A stretch of DNA of 20,000 bases from an uncultured virus (IMG/VR IMGVR_UViG_3300029705_006209) (IMGVR_UViG_3300029705_006209); one strand, 5' to 3'; counted from the first letter of the stretch, positions 1 through 9,620 are shown. Notes: a model not told the origin generated them from the sequence alone. Translations and numbers: made by a program.

Positions 1-2860
1 TTTCCTTTTCTTTTGCGAGTCTTATATTTTTCTCAAAGTTCCTGACGTTCGGTAAAGCATGTCTTTCCGGTTTCTCATCTTCAAACCCTTCCATCTGGAA
101 CAGGCTTATCTGATCTTTCGCCCGCGTCCTTGCCCTTTTCTGTGCCTGCTTTACGGCGTCCTCGCTTACAGCAAGAAGCTGCGCCCTGTTAGGATTTATG
201 TCATCAAAGGCCCCGGATTCAACAAGAGATTCTATCGTTCGCTTGTTGAGTTCTTTCGCTTCGATATGATCGATGAAGTCGTAGAAGTCATCTCCATCAC
301 GGAAGTCTTTCCTTGCATCAAGAATAGCCCTGACGGGTCCTTCGCCAACATTCTTAACTCCGATAAGCCCGAATCTGATCCGTCCGTTTTCGGCTGTAAA
401 TTTTGCAGAACTCTTGAGAACTGATGGCGGATCAACCGGCACGCCCATATCCTTAGCATTCCTGACATATGAAGATATGAACTCTGCTTTTCCGGCCATG
501 CTTGTCATAAGCGCCGCAAGAAACTCCGCCGGATAATGTGCCTTAAGATATGCTGTTTGATAAGAAATGACAGCATATGCGGCAGCGTGGCTTTTGTTGA
601 AAGCATAAGCGGCAAAGGTCACCATGTCGTCAAATATGGCTTTAGCCGCCTCCTCGGATACTCCGTTTGCTATGCAGCCTGGTATTTCTACGTTGCCGTT
701 ATCATCTTTCTTGCCGTAGATGAAGTATTTCTTCTCCTCAAGCATTACCTGCGCCTTCTTTTTAGACATGGCACGGCGAACAAGATCCGAGCGTCCGAAC
801 GAATAGCCGCCGAGATCTCTTACTATGCTCATAACCTGTTCTTGGTATATTAAACACCCGTATGTTACATCAAGGATGTGTGAAAGCTGCGGATCTACAT
901 ACTGTATGTTTTCCGGATGCCTCTTGTTTTCAAGGTACTTCGGGATAGAATCCATCGGGCCCGGTCTGTAAAGGGCTATGCCCGCAATTATATCTTCGAA
1001 GCAGCTCGGCTTAAGCTGTTTCAGGAAGTCGGTCATTCCACCGCCCTCAAGCTGAAAAACGCCTGCGGTGTTACCTGAAGATATGAGCCGGTATACTGCC
1101 GGGTCGTCGAATCCGATCTTGTTCCAGTCTATTTCAACGCCGTGATTCTTTCGTATCATCTGAAGGGCGTCTTCAATTACAGTAAGGTTTCTGAGCCCCA
1201 AAAAATCCATTTTCAGAAGTCCGAGCTCTTCGATTGTCGTCATGTTGAACTGTACGGCAAGTCCCTTGTCCGACGCATAAAGCGGCACATAGTTCTCCAA
1301 AGGTTCTCTGGATATTACTACGCCCGCTGCGTGTTTTGACGCATTCCTCGGAAGGCCCTCAAGCATTCTCGATAAATCGATGACCTGTTTTACCAGAGGC
1401 TCCCTTTCATAGCGCTCTCTAAGCTCCGGATTGAGCTCTAGCGCCATGTCTATGGTCACGTCCTTGACGTTTGGAATCGCCTTTGCGATCTGATCTCCCT
1501 CCTGGTATGTCGCACCGAGAACTCTGGCAACATCCCGCACCACGGCCTTCGCCTTCAGCGTTGTGAACGTGATAATACCCGAAACTTTATCCTTGCCATA
1601 CTTTTCCGTTACATAGTCGATGACTTCCTGACGTCTGTCGATGCAGAAGTCGACGTCTATATCCGGCATGCTGACACGCTCCGGGTTGAGGAACCTTTCG
1701 AATACGAGAGAATACCTGATCGGATCAAGCTCTGTTATAGCAAGGCAGTACGAAACGATGCTTCCTGCAGCTGAGCCTCTGCCCGGACCGACCGGAATAC
1801 CGTTGGTTTTAGCGTAGTTGATGAAGTCCCAGACAATAAGGAAATACTCCACAAAGCCCATGCTTTCGATCGTAGAAAGCTCTGTTTCAAGACGCTTTCT
1901 CAGGTCAGATGCCGGATCAAGGGCCTCTTTGCCGTATCGTCTTTCAAGACCGGCATAGCAGAGTTTTCTCAGATATTCATCACATGTCATTCCTTCAGGC
2001 GGATCGTATTTTGGAAGACGGTAATTGCCGAACTCGAATTCGACATGGCATCTGTCCGCGATCTCCTGTGTTCTGTGGACCGCATCTGGTATGTCCGGGA
2101 AAAGCTCCAGCATCTCAGCTTCAGACTTGAGATAGAACTCATCATTCTCAAAGCGCATTCGGTTCTCATCAGTTACCTTCGCCTGAGTCTGGATACACAT
2201 AAGAATATCCTGCGCCTTTGCATCGCTGCGTCTAAGATAATGCGCATCATTCGTGGCAACAAGCGGGACGTCTATATCAGCAGAGAGCCTCTTAAGTCCC
2301 TCGATAACCGGGACATCATCATCGAGATGATGATTCTGGATCTCGAGAAAGAAGTTTCCTTCCCCGAATATATTAAGAAGATCCAAAGCTTCGGCTTTTG
2401 CTTTACCGTAATCGCCATTAAGAAGATGGCGCTGTACATTACCGGCAAGACAGCCGGAAAGGCATATGAGCCCCTTGTGATACTTACTTAGGAGGTCCTT
2501 GTCTACACGAGGCTTGAAGTAAAAGCCGTCAGTATAACTCTCGGACACGATCTTTACGAGATTGCTATAGCCTTCCTGTGTTTCGGCAAGCAAAATGAGA
2601 TGCCCGGATTTCTTGTCCTCTGACGGCTCCCTGTCGTGCATCGTACGTGCAGCGGTATAGACCTCGCAGCCTATGACCGGGTGGATGCCTTCTTTCTTGC
2701 AGGCCTTATAAAAATCAACCACTCCGAACATTGTACCGTGATCCGTGATCGCACACGCGGTCATGCCGAGCTCTTTTGCTCTTTTAGGGAGTTCCGAGAT
2801 TCGACACATTCCATCGAGGAGGCTATATTCAGCGTGATTATGCAGGCTTGAGTAGCTCAT
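1..2860 (-). CDS. dnaE: DNA polymerase III alpha subunit (DnaE type), partial; 3' end runs off the window
   Basis: Hand translation from ATG at 2860: MSYSSLHNHAEYSLLDG...AITDHG...GCEVY (PHP domain), RGSAAGS, MPDIDVDF (catalytic palm), KMDFLGL, and ...ESLVESGAFD...DQISLF near the left edge. Absent from the ORF track, consistent with no stop codon inside the window. Confidence 0.96.
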   Translation of the reverse strand, partial: MSYSSLHNHAEYSLLDGMCRISELPKRAKELGMTACAITDHGTMFGVVDFYKACKKEGIHPVIGCEVYTAARTMHDREPSEDKKSGHLILLAETQEGYSNLVKIVSESYTDGFYFKPRVDKDLLSKYHKGLICLSGCLAGNVQRHLLNGDYGKAKAEALDLLNIFGEGNFFLEIQNHHLDDDVPVIEGLKRLSADIDVPLVATNDAHYLRRSDAKAQDILMCIQTQAKVTDENRMRFENDEFYLKSEAEMLELFPDIPDAVHRTQEIADRCHVEFEFGNYRLPKYDPPEGMTCDEYLRKLCYAGLERRYGKEALDPASDLRKRLETELSTIESMGFVEYFLIVWDFINYAKTNGIPVGPGRGSAAGSIVSYCLAITELDPIRYSLVFERFLNPERVSMPDIDVDFCIDRRQEVIDYVTEKYGKDKVSGIITFTTLKAKAVVRDVARVLGATYQEGDQIAKAIPNVKDVTIDMALELNPELRERYEREPLVKQVIDLSRMLEGLPRNASKHAAGVVISREPLENYVPLYASDKGLAVQFNMTTIEELGLLKMDFLGLRNLTVIEDALQMIRKNHGVEIDWNKIGFDDPAVYRLISSGNTAGVFQLEGGGMTDFLKQLKPSCFEDIIAGIALYRPGPMDSIPKYLENKRHPENIQYVDPQLSHILDVTYGCLIYQEQVMSIVRDLGGYSFGRSDLVRRAMSKKKAQVMLEEKKYFIYGKKDDNGNVEIPGCIANGVSEEAAKAIFDDMVTFAAYAFNKSHAAAYAVISYQTAYLKAHYPAEFLAALMTSMAGKAEFISSYVRNAKDMGVPVDPPSVLKSSAKFTAENGRIRFGLIGVKNVGEGPVRAILDARKDFRDGDDFYDFIDHIEAKELNKRTIESLVESGAFDDINPNRAQLLAVSEDAVKQAQKRARTRAKDQISLFQMEGFEDEKPERHALPNVRNFEKNIRLAKEKE

Positions 2861-2876
2861 TTCTCAACCTCTTCTC

Positions 2877-3524
2877 TTATTTTTCATCGCCTTCGGAAGG
2901 AACTTCCTCTACATCTACGCCTGGCTCTTCAGCATTTTCAGCTTCTTCAGCGGCCTTCTTTTCTTCTTCTTTCATGTATTTCTTTGCCTGTCTGTAAGTC
3001 ATTTTGACGTAGTTTATGGTCTTGTCACCCTGCTTTACGCCTACCTTGACTGTTCCGCTGAGCCCCTGTGTAGCCGGCTTCATCGAAGTCAGCAGATATG
3101 CGCCGGTTGACTTAAGATACTCTTTTCCGTCCTTTCCCTGCAGCTGATCAAGTTCTTCCTTTGGTGCATCTTCAGCTACAGTGAAGAGAACTTTGAGGAG
3201 ATTTCCCTCAGCTTTGACCTTCATAGTCGTATATTCAGTAACAGGCATGTTCGAATACATTTCAGCGATGCCGTTATCTTCCATGTACTTCTCGATCGAA
3301 GCAGGCTTTGTAAAGTAGTCATAGCCATAGATAAATGCAAACATTCCCGCTATGACTCCGAAAATCAGCACGGCCAGCAGGATATTGTTAGGTCTGCTCT
3401 TCTTATCTTCCACTTTGTTGGCGGCTTTGCGAGCTGCTTTTGCCTCGCGTCTTTCAGCTTTTTTATTCCTGTTGTTTTCAGTCGCTACACGTACATCCGA
3501 CACTTTGTTGTTTTCGTTGCTCAT
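2877..3524 (-). CDS. Hypothetical single-pass membrane protein
   Basis: 215 aa: Lys/Arg-rich N-terminus, one hydrophobic helix (ILLAVLIFGVIAGMFAFIYGY), acidic C-tail; AAGGAG RBS upstream; tightly packed with neighbours. Confidence 0.8.
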   Translation of the reverse strand: MSNENNKVSDVRVATENNRNKKAERREAKAARKAANKVEDKKSRPNNILLAVLIFGVIAGMFAFIYGYDYFTKPASIEKYMEDNGIAEMYSNMPVTEYTTMKVKAEGNLLKVLFTVAEDAPKEELDQLQGKDGKEYLKSTGAYLLTSMKPATQGLSGTVKVGVKQGDKTINYVKMTYRQAKKYMKEEEKKAAEEAENAEEPGVDVEEVPSEGDEK

Positions 3525-3541
3525 TTGTTGTCTCCTTTTAT

Positions 3542-3943
3542 CTATTCTCTGTTGTTTTTTCTGTTTTCCTTAAACATCTTGTCCAGCCATACATCGTTCT
3601 CGTCCCTATATGATGCAATATTCCCGGTAAAGGCATCTCCCGGCTCGGATATGTACATTACGTGCTTCGAGCGGCTTTTTTTCAGTTCCGCAATTATCAT
3701 CTTGCTCTTTCTGATAATAAAGACCAGAAAAACGAAAACTACTACGGCAAGGATTCCTTCCCATGCAGAAGAAACGATGTTGTGCAATACAGACTCTTTC
3801 ATGCTCATCAGATGTCCGCTTTCACTTGCCGGATCTGTAAGCACATATGAGCCCAGATCGATCAGAGACGATCTGATTGTGGACACTACAGTAGATACGA
3901 CAAATAAGATCACGCTTATTATTGCTACCAGCTTATTACTCAT
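3542..3943 (-). CDS. Hypothetical membrane protein with two hydrophobic segments
   Basis: 133 aa with LVAIISVILFVVSTVV and GILAVVVFVFLVFII segments; GAGAGG upstream; co-oriented and 17 bp from the next gene. Confidence 0.7.
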   Translation of the reverse strand: MSNKLVAIISVILFVVSTVVSTIRSSLIDLGSYVLTDPASESGHLMSMKESVLHNIVSSAWEGILAVVVFVFLVFIIRKSKMIIAELKKSRSKHVMYISEPGDAFTGNIASYRDENDVWLDKMFKENRKNNRE

Positions 3944-4022
3944 AAAAACTCAGCCTCTCTTTTTGTTTGTCTGTAACCCGTCTATTTTTGGAGGTTTTTT
4001 GACTATTCCCCAAAAAATTTTT

Positions 4023-4037
4023 TTTGGTTACTCCCGT
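4023..4037 (-). promoter_or_regulatory. Recurrent intergenic motif ACGGGAGTAACCAAA (minus strand), function unknown
   Basis: Exact 15-bp match (TTTGGTTACTCCCGT on +) to 11991-12005; both copies are intergenic and in the same orientation. Confidence 0.45.
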
Positions 4038-4042
4038 TCCTG

Positions 4043-6331
4043 TTATTTACGCTTTTTCGGAAACGTCATCTCAATTCGGGAATTTTTCTTATCCCAAGAA
4101 AGCATGGCGCTGTAATATTTCTGCCGCTTATCAGACCATAAGTCCTCTACATAGATGCTGCGATCCGCCTTCTTGGCTTTCGAAAGGAGAATGGCCTTTT
4201 CTTCTTCCGTGAATGTATGCTTGTTGAAAGTCTCAGGGAACTCCCTCTCTCGCACATTCAGATGGAAGCCCCAGAATGTCTTTCCTTTATACTTCTGCTT
4301 CTGGAGGGAACCTTCCGCAGTATATGTATTCCCTTTAGAGGAAACTGCCTCGAAGCTGATCTCTTCGCCGGCGAGAAGCTTTGCGACCTCTTCATCGGTA
4401 AAGGTGTGTCCTCCCCACTCCTTGTTGAATACGACTTCCTCTCCCGTAGGAGCATATACCTGAGCCGTCGTCTTTTCTTTGGCGACATATTCTCCTGCTC
4501 CGCCTACTGCTGCCGAGTCCTTTGGGGCGATGCGGTTCTCGCTGATGATGCGTGCAATATCCGTTCTGTTGGCATTGAGCACGTCCATGATCCCGATGTT
4601 CCCACGGCCTACAGACTTAAGGTCACGGCCCATATCTGCCGTCATTCTTGCAGAGAAGTCGATCCCAAGAGCCTTCGTTGCCTCAACAAGAAAGCGTCCT
4701 CTCGGCTCTATATGATAGGCTTTCTTCGTAAGGCTGATATAGCCTTTGTCAGCAGCCTTTTCCAGAATATTGGCTCTTGTTGCGACCGTTCCGATCTCAA
4801 GGCCGGCAAGGATGTTTTTGTAATCCTCTTCATCTGTCGAGTCCTCTTTTCGGAAGGGATTTTCCATCCATTTACCGAGGGCTTCCACCGTATAGTGCTT
4901 CGGCGGCTTTGTCTCGGCTGATACGGCCTGGAAATCCGTTGTTACGATGTCCCCTACGGAAACCTTAGGAAGGGTTCTTTCGTCGTCTTCCTCTTCACTG
5001 TCGTCCTTCTTCTGCTCTGCTTTCTTCTTCGGCTCGAAGCGCTGCCAGCCCTCCTGGACCAGAACCTCGCCCGACACCTTGAACTGCTCAAGAGGATTAT
5101 CTATAACAACAGTAGTCTTGTTGTATATGCAAGGCTCTTTGCAGAAGACAGCCATGAAGCGATAGAGAACAGTAAGGAAACAGTTTTTTTCTTCTTCCGT
5201 CAGATCGGATGAAGAGGGCCTTTTGCCTGTTACTGTGATAGCACTGTGCCCGTCTATCTTTGAATCGTCAAAGATAGCTTTACTGTCCTTGAACTCCAGG
5301 TATCCATCCCGGTTGATCTTGCTGATAATGCCTTTGACGGCAGACTTTTCAGCTTCGGCAATATATTCGGTGTTTGTCCTCGGATAGCTTGTAAAGCCTT
5401 TTTCATAGAGACTCTGTGCCAGTGCAAGCGTCTTGTCCGGTTTGTACCCGTAGCGTTTCGACATGACAGCCTGCAGCGAAGTCTGAGAAAACAGCTTCGG
5501 TGCTTTCTTGGTCACCTTCTTTTCCTGTATATCGGAAACAACCGATTTACCCGCCTGCAGTCTTGCTGCCCAGTCCTCTGCTTTTGCCTTTTCGTTCTTA
5601 TCGAATCGTTCCTTTGATGTCAGCTTGAAGCCGTTCTCCACATCGGATACGACCTTGAAGTACTCTTCTGGCACGAAAGCTTCTATTGCCGTGTCCCTGT
5701 TATAGATCTCTGTAACGATGGCACCGATTACACGCCCGATATTAAGAGCCGGACGCGCCTCCGTTTTGACCGTTGCATACTGGCTTAAGTTGATTCCATA
5801 ATCCCAGTCAAAACACATTCTGGTCATGCCCTCGTTGAAAACGAGCTTATACTCCGAATTAGGCTTAGCGATGCGAAAAGCTTCAACGATAGCCTCGTCG
5901 GTAAGCGCCTTAAGCTGAGGTCTCATTACGGGTTTTGTGTTCCCGCATTCTCTGAGTACCAGATCGACAAGGATCTGCCCCTCTCTGTCCGGGTCGCCGC
6001 AGTGATATATCATGTCTACCGCAGGATCTTTTACCAGCTTCTTTATGGTGTTGAAGCGTTTCTTGGCATCATCTCTGATGCTGTACTCATACTTTTTCGG
6101 AAAGAACGGCAGATTCTCGATTCTCCACGAACCAAGATTTTCACGGCCCGGATACTTTTCAGGCATTTTAAGCTCCAGAAGATGTCCGAACTGAGCCGTA
6201 GCTATGTAGTGCTCTGACTCGTTGTACTCTCCGTTATCTCTGCCTGCAAAATGCTCCCCTTGTGTTCCAAGAGCATGCATTATCGTTCGCATAAGGCTAG
6301 GTTTTTCCGCAATTACGAGCTTCTTTCCCAT
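4043..6331 (-). CDS. topB: Type IA DNA topoisomerase (topoisomerase III-like) with two C-terminal repeats
   Basis: TOPRIM motifs IAEKPS and GDPDREGQ, catalytic SYPRT, GTVATRA; C-terminal repeats HTFTDEEVAKLL and HTFTEEEKAILL. Start moved to ATG 6331 (MGKKLVIAEKPS), with AAGGAGG RBS at 6344-6350. Confidence 0.9.
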   Translation of the reverse strand: MGKKLVIAEKPSLMRTIMHALGTQGEHFAGRDNGEYNESEHYIATAQFGHLLELKMPEKYPGRENLGSWRIENLPFFPKKYEYSIRDDAKKRFNTIKKLVKDPAVDMIYHCGDPDREGQILVDLVLRECGNTKPVMRPQLKALTDEAIVEAFRIAKPNSEYKLVFNEGMTRMCFDWDYGINLSQYATVKTEARPALNIGRVIGAIVTEIYNRDTAIEAFVPEEYFKVVSDVENGFKLTSKERFDKNEKAKAEDWAARLQAGKSVVSDIQEKKVTKKAPKLFSQTSLQAVMSKRYGYKPDKTLALAQSLYEKGFTSYPRTNTEYIAEAEKSAVKGIISKINRDGYLEFKDSKAIFDDSKIDGHSAITVTGKRPSSSDLTEEEKNCFLTVLYRFMAVFCKEPCIYNKTTVVIDNPLEQFKVSGEVLVQEGWQRFEPKKKAEQKKDDSEEEDDERTLPKVSVGDIVTTDFQAVSAETKPPKHYTVEALGKWMENPFRKEDSTDEEDYKNILAGLEIGTVATRANILEKAADKGYISLTKKAYHIEPRGRFLVEATKALGIDFSARMTADMGRDLKSVGRGNIGIMDVLNANRTDIARIISENRIAPKDSAAVGGAGEYVAKEKTTAQVYAPTGEEVVFNKEWGGHTFTDEEVAKLLAGEEISFEAVSSKGNTYTAEGSLQKQKYKGKTFWGFHLNVREREFPETFNKHTFTEEEKAILLSKAKKADRSIYVEDLWSDKRQKYYSAMLSWDKKNSRIEMTFPKKRK

Positions 6332-6338
6332 ATCAGCC

Positions 6339-6569
6339 TTAAGCCTCCTTTGTGAGGTCGATGATGTCGAACCCGAAGTCCATAGCATTAAGAAGCTTGA
6401 TATACGTTCCGATTGTCGGATTACTTTTCCCGTTTTCGATGTAGCCTATCTGCTTACGGCTTATATCTGCAAGATCACTGAGAGCGCGTATAGAGAGGCC
6501 TCTCTCTTCTCGGCATTCGCGAAGGCTCGCTCCGGCAATAATTGCCTCCAAATTTTTCTTTTCGATCAT
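6339..6569 (-). CDS. XRE/Cro-C1 family helix-turn-helix regulator
   Basis: LRECREERGLSIRALSDLADISRKQIGYIENGKSNPTIGTYIKLL is a typical HTH_3 pattern. Confidence 0.88.
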   Translation of the reverse strand: MIEKKNLEAIIAGASLRECREERGLSIRALSDLADISRKQIGYIENGKSNPTIGTYIKLLNAMDFGFDIIDLTKEA

Positions 6570-6609
6570 GTCGTGAATTCCTTTTCAGTTTTTTCTTCCG
6601 TTTCGCTGA

Positions 6610-6909
6610 TCACTTCCACTCTTCTGCAAAGCTGACTCTGTATTTTCTCATTATTGCTGCCGTGTACGGGAGCACGTCGTCGCGCTCCATTCCCGCAAAT
6701 ACGCTCTCTGCAAGCACATACTCGGCCGGATATCCGAAGTTCAGCTTATTTACGCACCTCTCGCAGGCCTTTTCCAAAGCCTCCGTATCGGGCTCAACGC
6801 CGAGCTCTGTGCAAAGATCCTCTACATCTTTTTTGAACACGGCATTATGTGCACGTGCCCAGCGAGCTCTGATCTCGCGGTACGCATCAATTCTTTTTTC
6901 TTCTTCCAT
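6610..6909 (-). CDS. Hypothetical protein
   Basis: 99 aa ORF with GGGAG RBS, filling the gap between co-oriented genes; no recognisable motif. Confidence 0.65.
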   Translation of the reverse strand: MEEEKRIDAYREIRARWARAHNAVFKKDVEDLCTELGVEPDTEALEKACERCVNKLNFGYPAEYVLAESVFAGMERDDVLPYTAAIMRKYRVSFAEEWK

Positions 6910-6930
6910 ATTTCTTCTCCCGTTTTATCT

Positions 6931-7737
6931 CTAATGTGCGATGCTCTTGCAGGCATCTTCAAACGCCTGCCGGCTTTCCTCAGAGAGATTCTCCGCTTCA
7001 GATTCGTCAGTCTCGTCAAAGTGAAGATGATACATGCGTATCTCATAGTCTTTGCCGTCAATTGAAAGTTTTTTCGACAGCGGATTCTTGTCTCCTGTCA
7101 GATCCATGCTCAACGTATCATTTTCATTCTTCCATTGATAGAGAAGCTCCAGCGCAGCATCTTTGTCGTTGATCCACTCCTTTAACACGCAAAGGCTTCC
7201 GTCATCATTCTTCCCCCACGAGATAGTAGTCGGAAAGAATCCGTTCGGAGTATCGATATCCGCCATGCCGTTGATTTCTTCGTGTTCTTCCGATAGTCCG
7301 GAGTCTCTTTCCTTCAGACTCGAATAAAATTCATCAAACACCTGACGGTCTTCCTTGCTAAGAGGCTGTCTGTCTTCTCTGGACATGTACAGAGCCATTC
7401 GGTAACCGGCCTTTTCGAAGTGTTTATCATAGACCTGCTCCCCGTAATTTTCGTATTCATCCTTCCCGGAGCCTATATCCGGTGCTTTCTGAAGAAGCTG
7501 GAGACAGATATCGATATCTTTACATGCCCAGTGCGCCTCTGAAAGCGGAGCCTGATCCCCGTCGACATACTCTGTCTCGTAATCGAATTCGTAGCCGTCC
7601 GGGGCCGTAACATCGACAACATCACACAGATAAGATTCCGTGCTCATGTCACGAATAACCGGCTCGTCCTTTTCAGCCGCACATGCAGAAGCAAAAACCA
7701 TAGCTGCGGCAATCGCAAGTATAGCTATTTTTCTCAT
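6931..7737 (-). CDS. Putative lipoprotein
   Basis: Start reassigned to ATG 7737 (GGAGG upstream): MRKIAILAIAAAMVFASAC is a signal peptide with a lipobox-like Cys; the mature domain is acidic. Confidence 0.75.
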   Translation of the reverse strand: MRKIAILAIAAAMVFASACAAEKDEPVIRDMSTESYLCDVVDVTAPDGYEFDYETEYVDGDQAPLSEAHWACKDIDICLQLLQKAPDIGSGKDEYENYGEQVYDKHFEKAGYRMALYMSREDRQPLSKEDRQVFDEFYSSLKERDSGLSEEHEEINGMADIDTPNGFFPTTISWGKNDDGSLCVLKEWINDKDAALELLYQWKNENDTLSMDLTGDKNPLSKKLSIDGKDYEIRMYHLHFDETDESEAENLSEESRQAFEDACKSIAH

Positions 7738-7834
7738 AATCACGTCTCTTCCCTCCAACAATGTCAAACTCCACAAATACATTTGTACTTTCACAGCATG
7801 GGACATATATACTTTACAAAATGTCAAAAATACC

Positions 7835-9181
7835 TTACTTCATCCTCTGTATAGCGCTTTTTGCGAGTGAACTGCGCACCGACTGTGCTTCCCCGAAGCG
7901 GACGATTGCACAAGGCCCACCTTTCATCTTATCTGCAGCATACACAAGTCCGTTGTTCTTGGCGTCAAGATGCGGTGCATCGACCTGATCCGGGTCTCCG
8001 CAAAGAACGATCTTTGTTCCGACACCAGCTCTTGTAATTACATCTTTTATGAGTCCTCTGCTGGCGTTCTGTGCTTCATCGCAGAACACATAAGTATTTC
8101 GCAGTGTTCTTCCTCTTATATACGAAAGAGCGGTTATCTCAATGATGCTCTCGAATATATCTTCCACATGAATCTGCACCTGTCTCCTGTCGGTATTCCC
8201 TTTTTCAAGGAGAAGGCTCTCCATATTGTCGTAAAGCGGTGCAAGCAGCGGCTCCATCTTCTCGTTCATATCACCCGGCAGGTACCCGATACCCGGATCT
8301 GAGCTGAGGTTATTCGGTCTGCTCACAAGCATCTTGTAGTATCTGCTTTCTCCGCCCACGGACGAAGCGTACGTATCTTCGAGTCCCGCAGCAAGCGAAA
8401 GGAAAGTCTTGGCAGTCCCCGCCGGGCCGAGAAGGCATACAAGAGGAATCTCTTCCGGCGAAGCCTTAAGTGCATAAATCGCGTATGTCTGCAGATGATT
8501 GAGAGGCTTTATGCCGCCATAGAGAGACTGATCTTTTACAAGATGAAGTTCTCCCTTTCTTGCGATGGAAAGTCCCGACTGCTTTCCTGCGTGCAGCGTG
8601 ACAAATTCGTTCTCGAACAGCTTGAGTCCGTCCGGAATGAGAACCTTCTTCTTCGAATACAGCTCATCGATAACAGAACCCGCAACATCAGCATCCGTAT
8701 ATCCGCAGTAATCAGTTTCAACTTCTGTGTTCTTGTATGTCTGTACGTCGAGGTTGACTCCGGCATATCGGGCGCATATCGTGGCATTTACCCTCATAAG
8801 TATGTCGTTCGTCACAAGAATGACCGGCAGCTCGGATTTCTTGGCAATATTTATGCATGCAGAGATGATCCTGTTGTCTGGCTTATCTATGCTGAAGTCC
8901 GAAGGAAGAAATTCCCTGCTTGCCTCGTTGATCGTAACCACAAGACTTCCACCCGACTCATTTTCAACACCTGCAACAAGGTCTCCTCTCGTTCTCATTT
9001 CATCAAGAAGCCTGCTCGCTTCGCGGGCCTTTGCTCCGATTTCACCGGAAGCATTTTTCTTTGAATCAAGCTCCTGAAGAGAAGTATCTGTTACGATGAC
9101 GATATTATCCTCAAATCCGCAAACCATAGATGCCGGGTCTGCGAGAATGATATTTGTATCAAGCACGTATTTTTTCTGCAT
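7835..9181 (-). CDS. PhoH-family ATPase with N-terminal PIN domain (PhoH2/YlaK type)
   Basis: PIN motifs YVLDTNI and LVTND; P-loop GPAGTAKT; GYLPG, RGRTL, DEAQN, GDPDQVD. Confidence 0.92.
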   Translation of the reverse strand: MQKKYVLDTNIILADPASMVCGFEDNIVIVTDTSLQELDSKKNASGEIGAKAREASRLLDEMRTRGDLVAGVENESGGSLVVTINEASREFLPSDFSIDKPDNRIISACINIAKKSELPVILVTNDILMRVNATICARYAGVNLDVQTYKNTEVETDYCGYTDADVAGSVIDELYSKKKVLIPDGLKLFENEFVTLHAGKQSGLSIARKGELHLVKDQSLYGGIKPLNHLQTYAIYALKASPEEIPLVCLLGPAGTAKTFLSLAAGLEDTYASSVGGESRYYKMLVSRPNNLSSDPGIGYLPGDMNEKMEPLLAPLYDNMESLLLEKGNTDRRQVQIHVEDIFESIIEITALSYIRGRTLRNTYVFCDEAQNASRGLIKDVITRAGVGTKIVLCGDPDQVDAPHLDAKNNGLVYAADKMKGGPCAIVRFGEAQSVRSSLAKSAIQRMK

Positions 9182-9236
9182 TTCTTTGCACTCCTTTTGA
9201 TATGTTTCAGTCTTTGTTGCCCGCAGGTAAGAGAAT

Positions 9237-9620
9237 CTACCGCATTATGGTCGAAATCAATGGCGGCCCTTCTTCAATCCTGACATCCCAGTCAGCAAAT
9301 CCTGCATTTTTAAGATCTGAAAGAAAAGCTTCTGCTACAGCAAGGGCCTTCTCATTTCGTTCTTTAACGCTATCAGGGGTTTCTCCTCCGATAGCGGAAA
9401 GCGTATAAATCTCTCCGTAAACAAGATCAGAGAAAACTCGGAGATCGAGTCTGATAGTGTTTTCCGGCTCGAGTCCTGCCGCTACTATCGGGAAAATAAG
9501 GTTTGCTGACTTTTGCTGCTCGAACAGTCTCCTGCTTCCGAGTGCAAACTCGTAGACACCCTTCTTCTTCGGCACGAATTTGAAGCAGTGCGTCGGTTTT
9601 AATGAAAATCCGGTCAACAT
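9237..9620 (-). CDS. Hypothetical protein
   Basis: 127 aa ORF, GAGGAG RBS, co-oriented; no recognisable motif. Confidence 0.65.
   Translation of the reverse strand: MLTGFSLKPTHCFKFVPKKKGVYEFALGSRRLFEQQKSANLIFPIVAAGLEPENTIRLDLRVFSDLVYGEIYTLSAIGGETPDSVKERNEKALAVAEAFLSDLKNAGFADWDVRIEEGPPLISTIMR

Noticed and set aside
59..2851. Numerous plus-strand ORFs (59-424, 536-853, 2045-2491 and others), and similar plus-strand ORFs across the window
   Set aside because: They are antisense shadows of dnaE and other well-supported minus-strand genes, with no recognisable motifs.
6332..6388. N-terminal extension of topB given by the ORF track (similarly 7738-7827 for the lipoprotein)
   Set aside because: The topB extension overlaps the HTH gene; better ATG starts with an RBS exist at 6331 and 7737.
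7760..7828. Two TTGACA hexamers (minus strand) 60 bp apart upstream of the lipoprotein
   Set aside because: Neither has a properly spaced -10 box, so a sigma-A promoter is not supported.
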